From positions 1 through 48,018 of IMG/VR virus record IMGVR_UViG_3300025158_000002: 48,018 nt of DNA. The stretch is one strand, 5' to 3'. This DNA comes from a virus (Duplodnaviria > Caudoviricetes). The notes under the pieces were generated by a model. The model saw only the letters and a list, made by a program, of their open reading frames with translations. It was not told the DNA's origin and ran no database searches. Position numbers and translations under genes: made by a program. Below, in pieces: positions 46,289 to 48,018 of this stretch. Within the stretch, counting starts at the first letter, position 1; every line of letters begins with the position of its first letter.

Positions 46289-46381
46289 AGGGAGGCTTAG
46301 ACGATTTAGAGGAATGAAGAAGTGCCCCCCCCCACTACCCTAACCCCACACTCCACGCCACCTCACACCCAAGCATTACAC

Positions 46382-46486
46382 AGCAAACCTCAGCTTGGCA
46401 CAAGTACCACCAATCTGAAGCGTCAGCCAATTCACTTCCTGATACACTGATATATACCTCTATATCACCCAGATTTTTCGACAAAA
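46382..46486 (-). repeat. Degenerate inverted repeat, right arm
   Basis: AGCAAACCTCAG (46382-46393), TCCTGA (46437-46442), TGATATATACCTCTATATCA, TCGAC. Confidence 0.65.
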
Positions 46487-46666
46487 AAAGGCTCTTAGTT
46501 TACACTAAAAGCCTTCTGTAAGTTTATGTTAAAACTTAGTAAGATATATTAATTTTTTTTAAGAATCAAATATATTATTGCCTCCTGAAGAAGTCTGATT
46601 CACTCCTTTTTCATCTTTTCCCATACGTTAGCCACAATACTACGAGCGTAACATCTTCTACAGTTG

Positions 46667-47161
46667 TTATGTAATATCCATTTCTAATTCTATTTTTTGA
46701 GATATATTCATTTCTTCGCATATAATATAAGCAGGTAAATTAAACAACTTACTTTCTGCGAAAATATGAACACCGTCTCGAAACGGAGTATCTAATCTAC
46801 CGTCTCTGAAGTGTGATTTAAAAGTACCATTACCACCGATTGAAGTTGTTTGTGAAAGTGGGATAAACAACATTGTGTCATTATGCGTTTCAGCATAATG
46901 CTTGTAAACTATACCATAGTTCCAGATCACGTTATACCAATTGTCATCGCCTCTCCATTTTACACGTTTAAATCTCATTTCTAAACGAGGAACGGGTAGT
47001 TTTTTCTGCAATTCACTTTCCTTAAAATACTCGTGCATTTGATATCCTAATTTTTGTAAGTCAGAGTTTTTTTCAATAGCTTCAATTTTTTCTTGAAGTT
47101 CTTGAATTTGTGCTTCTTTTTCTTCGATTGTTTCGTTCAATCTTTCTTCTAATGTTTTCAT
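46667..47161 (-). CDS. Hypothetical protein
   Basis: 164 aa, N-terminal coiled coil. Confidence 0.7.
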   Translation of the reverse strand: MKTLEERLNETIEEKEAQIQELQEKIEAIEKNSDLQKLGYQMHEYFKESELQKKLPVPRLEMRFKRVKWRGDDNWYNVIWNYGIVYKHYAETHNDTMLFIPLSQTTSIGGNGTFKSHFRDGRLDTPFRDGVHIFAESKLFNLPAYIICEEMNISQKIELEMDIT

Positions 47162-47179
47162 ATTAATTTGATTTTTAAA

Positions 47180-47566
47180 TTATCTACCTTCGATTTTTAA
47201 TATTGATTTTTTAAGAGCTTCTATTCTGTCTCGGTTGCTCCTGAACCACATAGCTCCGTCTTTATTCTTAAAAGAATAAAGCTCTACAAGACATTTTATT
47301 TTCATATCCTCTAAAGTGAAGATAGATAATATTTCAGATGAAAACTTGTGATATTCTATAATGTCAGACTGTCTTCTTAATCCACGCATTATAGGAAGAT
47401 CGTCTATAAACCTGACAAGTAGAAAGCATACTCCGTCATAAAGGTCTTGACTCTTTCCTTCGAGACAATATTTATAAAATGCCAATCTGTAATGTTCTGA
47501 CGAAAATAAACCTTCGATTACTTTTGAATAACCTTTTGCCAATTCTATTCTTTCTTCGTTTGTCAT
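47180..47566 (-). CDS. Hypothetical protein
   Basis: 128 aa, GGAG SD, ATGA overlap. Confidence 0.7.
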   Translation of the reverse strand: MTNEERIELAKGYSKVIEGLFSSEHYRLAFYKYCLEGKSQDLYDGVCFLLVRFIDDLPIMRGLRRQSDIIEYHKFSSEILSIFTLEDMKIKCLVELYSFKNKDGAMWFRSNRDRIEALKKSILKIEGR

Positions 47567-47997
47567 TTTTTTAGCTCCTGATTTTCTTTTTTAAGATTAT
47601 TATTATCTTGTCTAAGATGTTCTATTTTTTCTTGCATTGCATCTACAATTGTTGCAGAATATTTCAAGCATATGATTTGAGATTTTAAGCCTTTATTTTC
47701 TTCCTCAAATTGCATCATTCCTTTTACATAAGTCTTCACAGTAGTCTCATGTGCCATTCTTTCATTGCGAGCACTATCCTCTTGATAGGATATTCTCTTC
47801 TTTAGACTATCAATAGTATCTTGAAGATTTCTATTTTCAGCCTCAACTGCATATATAGATTGAAACGTGTATTTTGGATCTTCCCTTCTGACAAAGTCGG
47901 TCATACACTGCTCGTAGCCGTTTATATAGGCTTTTTTTATAAACCTCTGTTTTTCCAGTCTCGTATCCGTGCTGATACATACCTTCTCCGAGTTCAT
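47563..47997 (-). CDS. Coiled-coil hypothetical protein (5' end uncertain, spans circular junction)
   Basis: 144 aa ORF; AYINGYEQ followed by coiled coil. Confidence 0.6.
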   Translation of the reverse strand: MNSEKVCISTDTRLEKQRFIKKAYINGYEQCMTDFVRREDPKYTFQSIYAVEAENRNLQDTIDSLKKRISYQEDSARNERMAHETTVKTYVKGMMQFEEENKGLKSQIICLKYSATIVDAMQEKIEHLRQDNNNLKKENQELKK

Positions 47998-48018
47998 ATC
48001 CGTAAGTTCTTACAAGAT
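47892..48018. repeat. Terminal direct repeat, copy 2
   Basis: Identical to 1-127. Confidence 0.95.

Noticed and set aside
44074-46486. IS/transposon bounded by inverted repeats
   Set aside because: No transposase motif in the enclosed ORFs, the arms are highly degenerate, and no target-site duplication is evident.
43371-46666. tRNA or known structured ncRNA in the large intergenic region
   Set aside because: No cloverleaf or T-loop context was recognised by eye; tRNAscan-SE or Infernal would be needed to exclude it fully.

Overview
The window is an apparently complete, circularly permuted tailed-phage genome of about 47,891 bp. The 127 bp at 1-127 repeat exactly at 47892-48018, which is typical assembler overlap. 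It is AT-rich and uses the standard genetic code. Modules: (i) a leftward block of small early/accessory genes wrapping the contig ends (46667..7819), including a DpnD/PcfM-like protein, a sliding-clamp-like protein, a Pol-beta-type nucleotidyltransferase and an HD phosphohydrolase; (ii) a rightward recombination/replication operon (8070..19586) with RecE-like nuclease, Rad52/Sak annealase, SNF2 helicase, primase-like protein, MazG-like protein, XRE HTH, DNA MTase, RuvC, an O-like initiator with internal iterons, DnaB and SSB; (iii) a mostly leftward siphovirus-type morphogenesis block (19765..43370) with Mu-like portal/gp36/gp37, ClpP protease, capsid, GH108 endolysin, tail tube, a chaperone pair with a clear -1 frameshift, tape measure and tail tip; the portal cassette is on the opposite strand; (iv) a 3.3 kb mostly non-coding control region (43371..46666). 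I saw no integrase, DNA polymerase, tRNA, CRISPR array or reverse transcriptase. The most unusual signal is non-coding. There is a second complete origin-like iteron array 27.6 kb from the initiator gene, directly upstream of terS. A length-conserved family of ~85-bp repeats sits at operon boundaries. A compositionally distinct ~1.8 kb cassette is bracketed by degenerate inverted repeats and G-rich tracts. There are also 21-22-bp-phased GAAG(AT) arrays, two of them paired with a CCCCCAAAAAAAT motif. All protein calls come from motif recognition by eye, not database searches.
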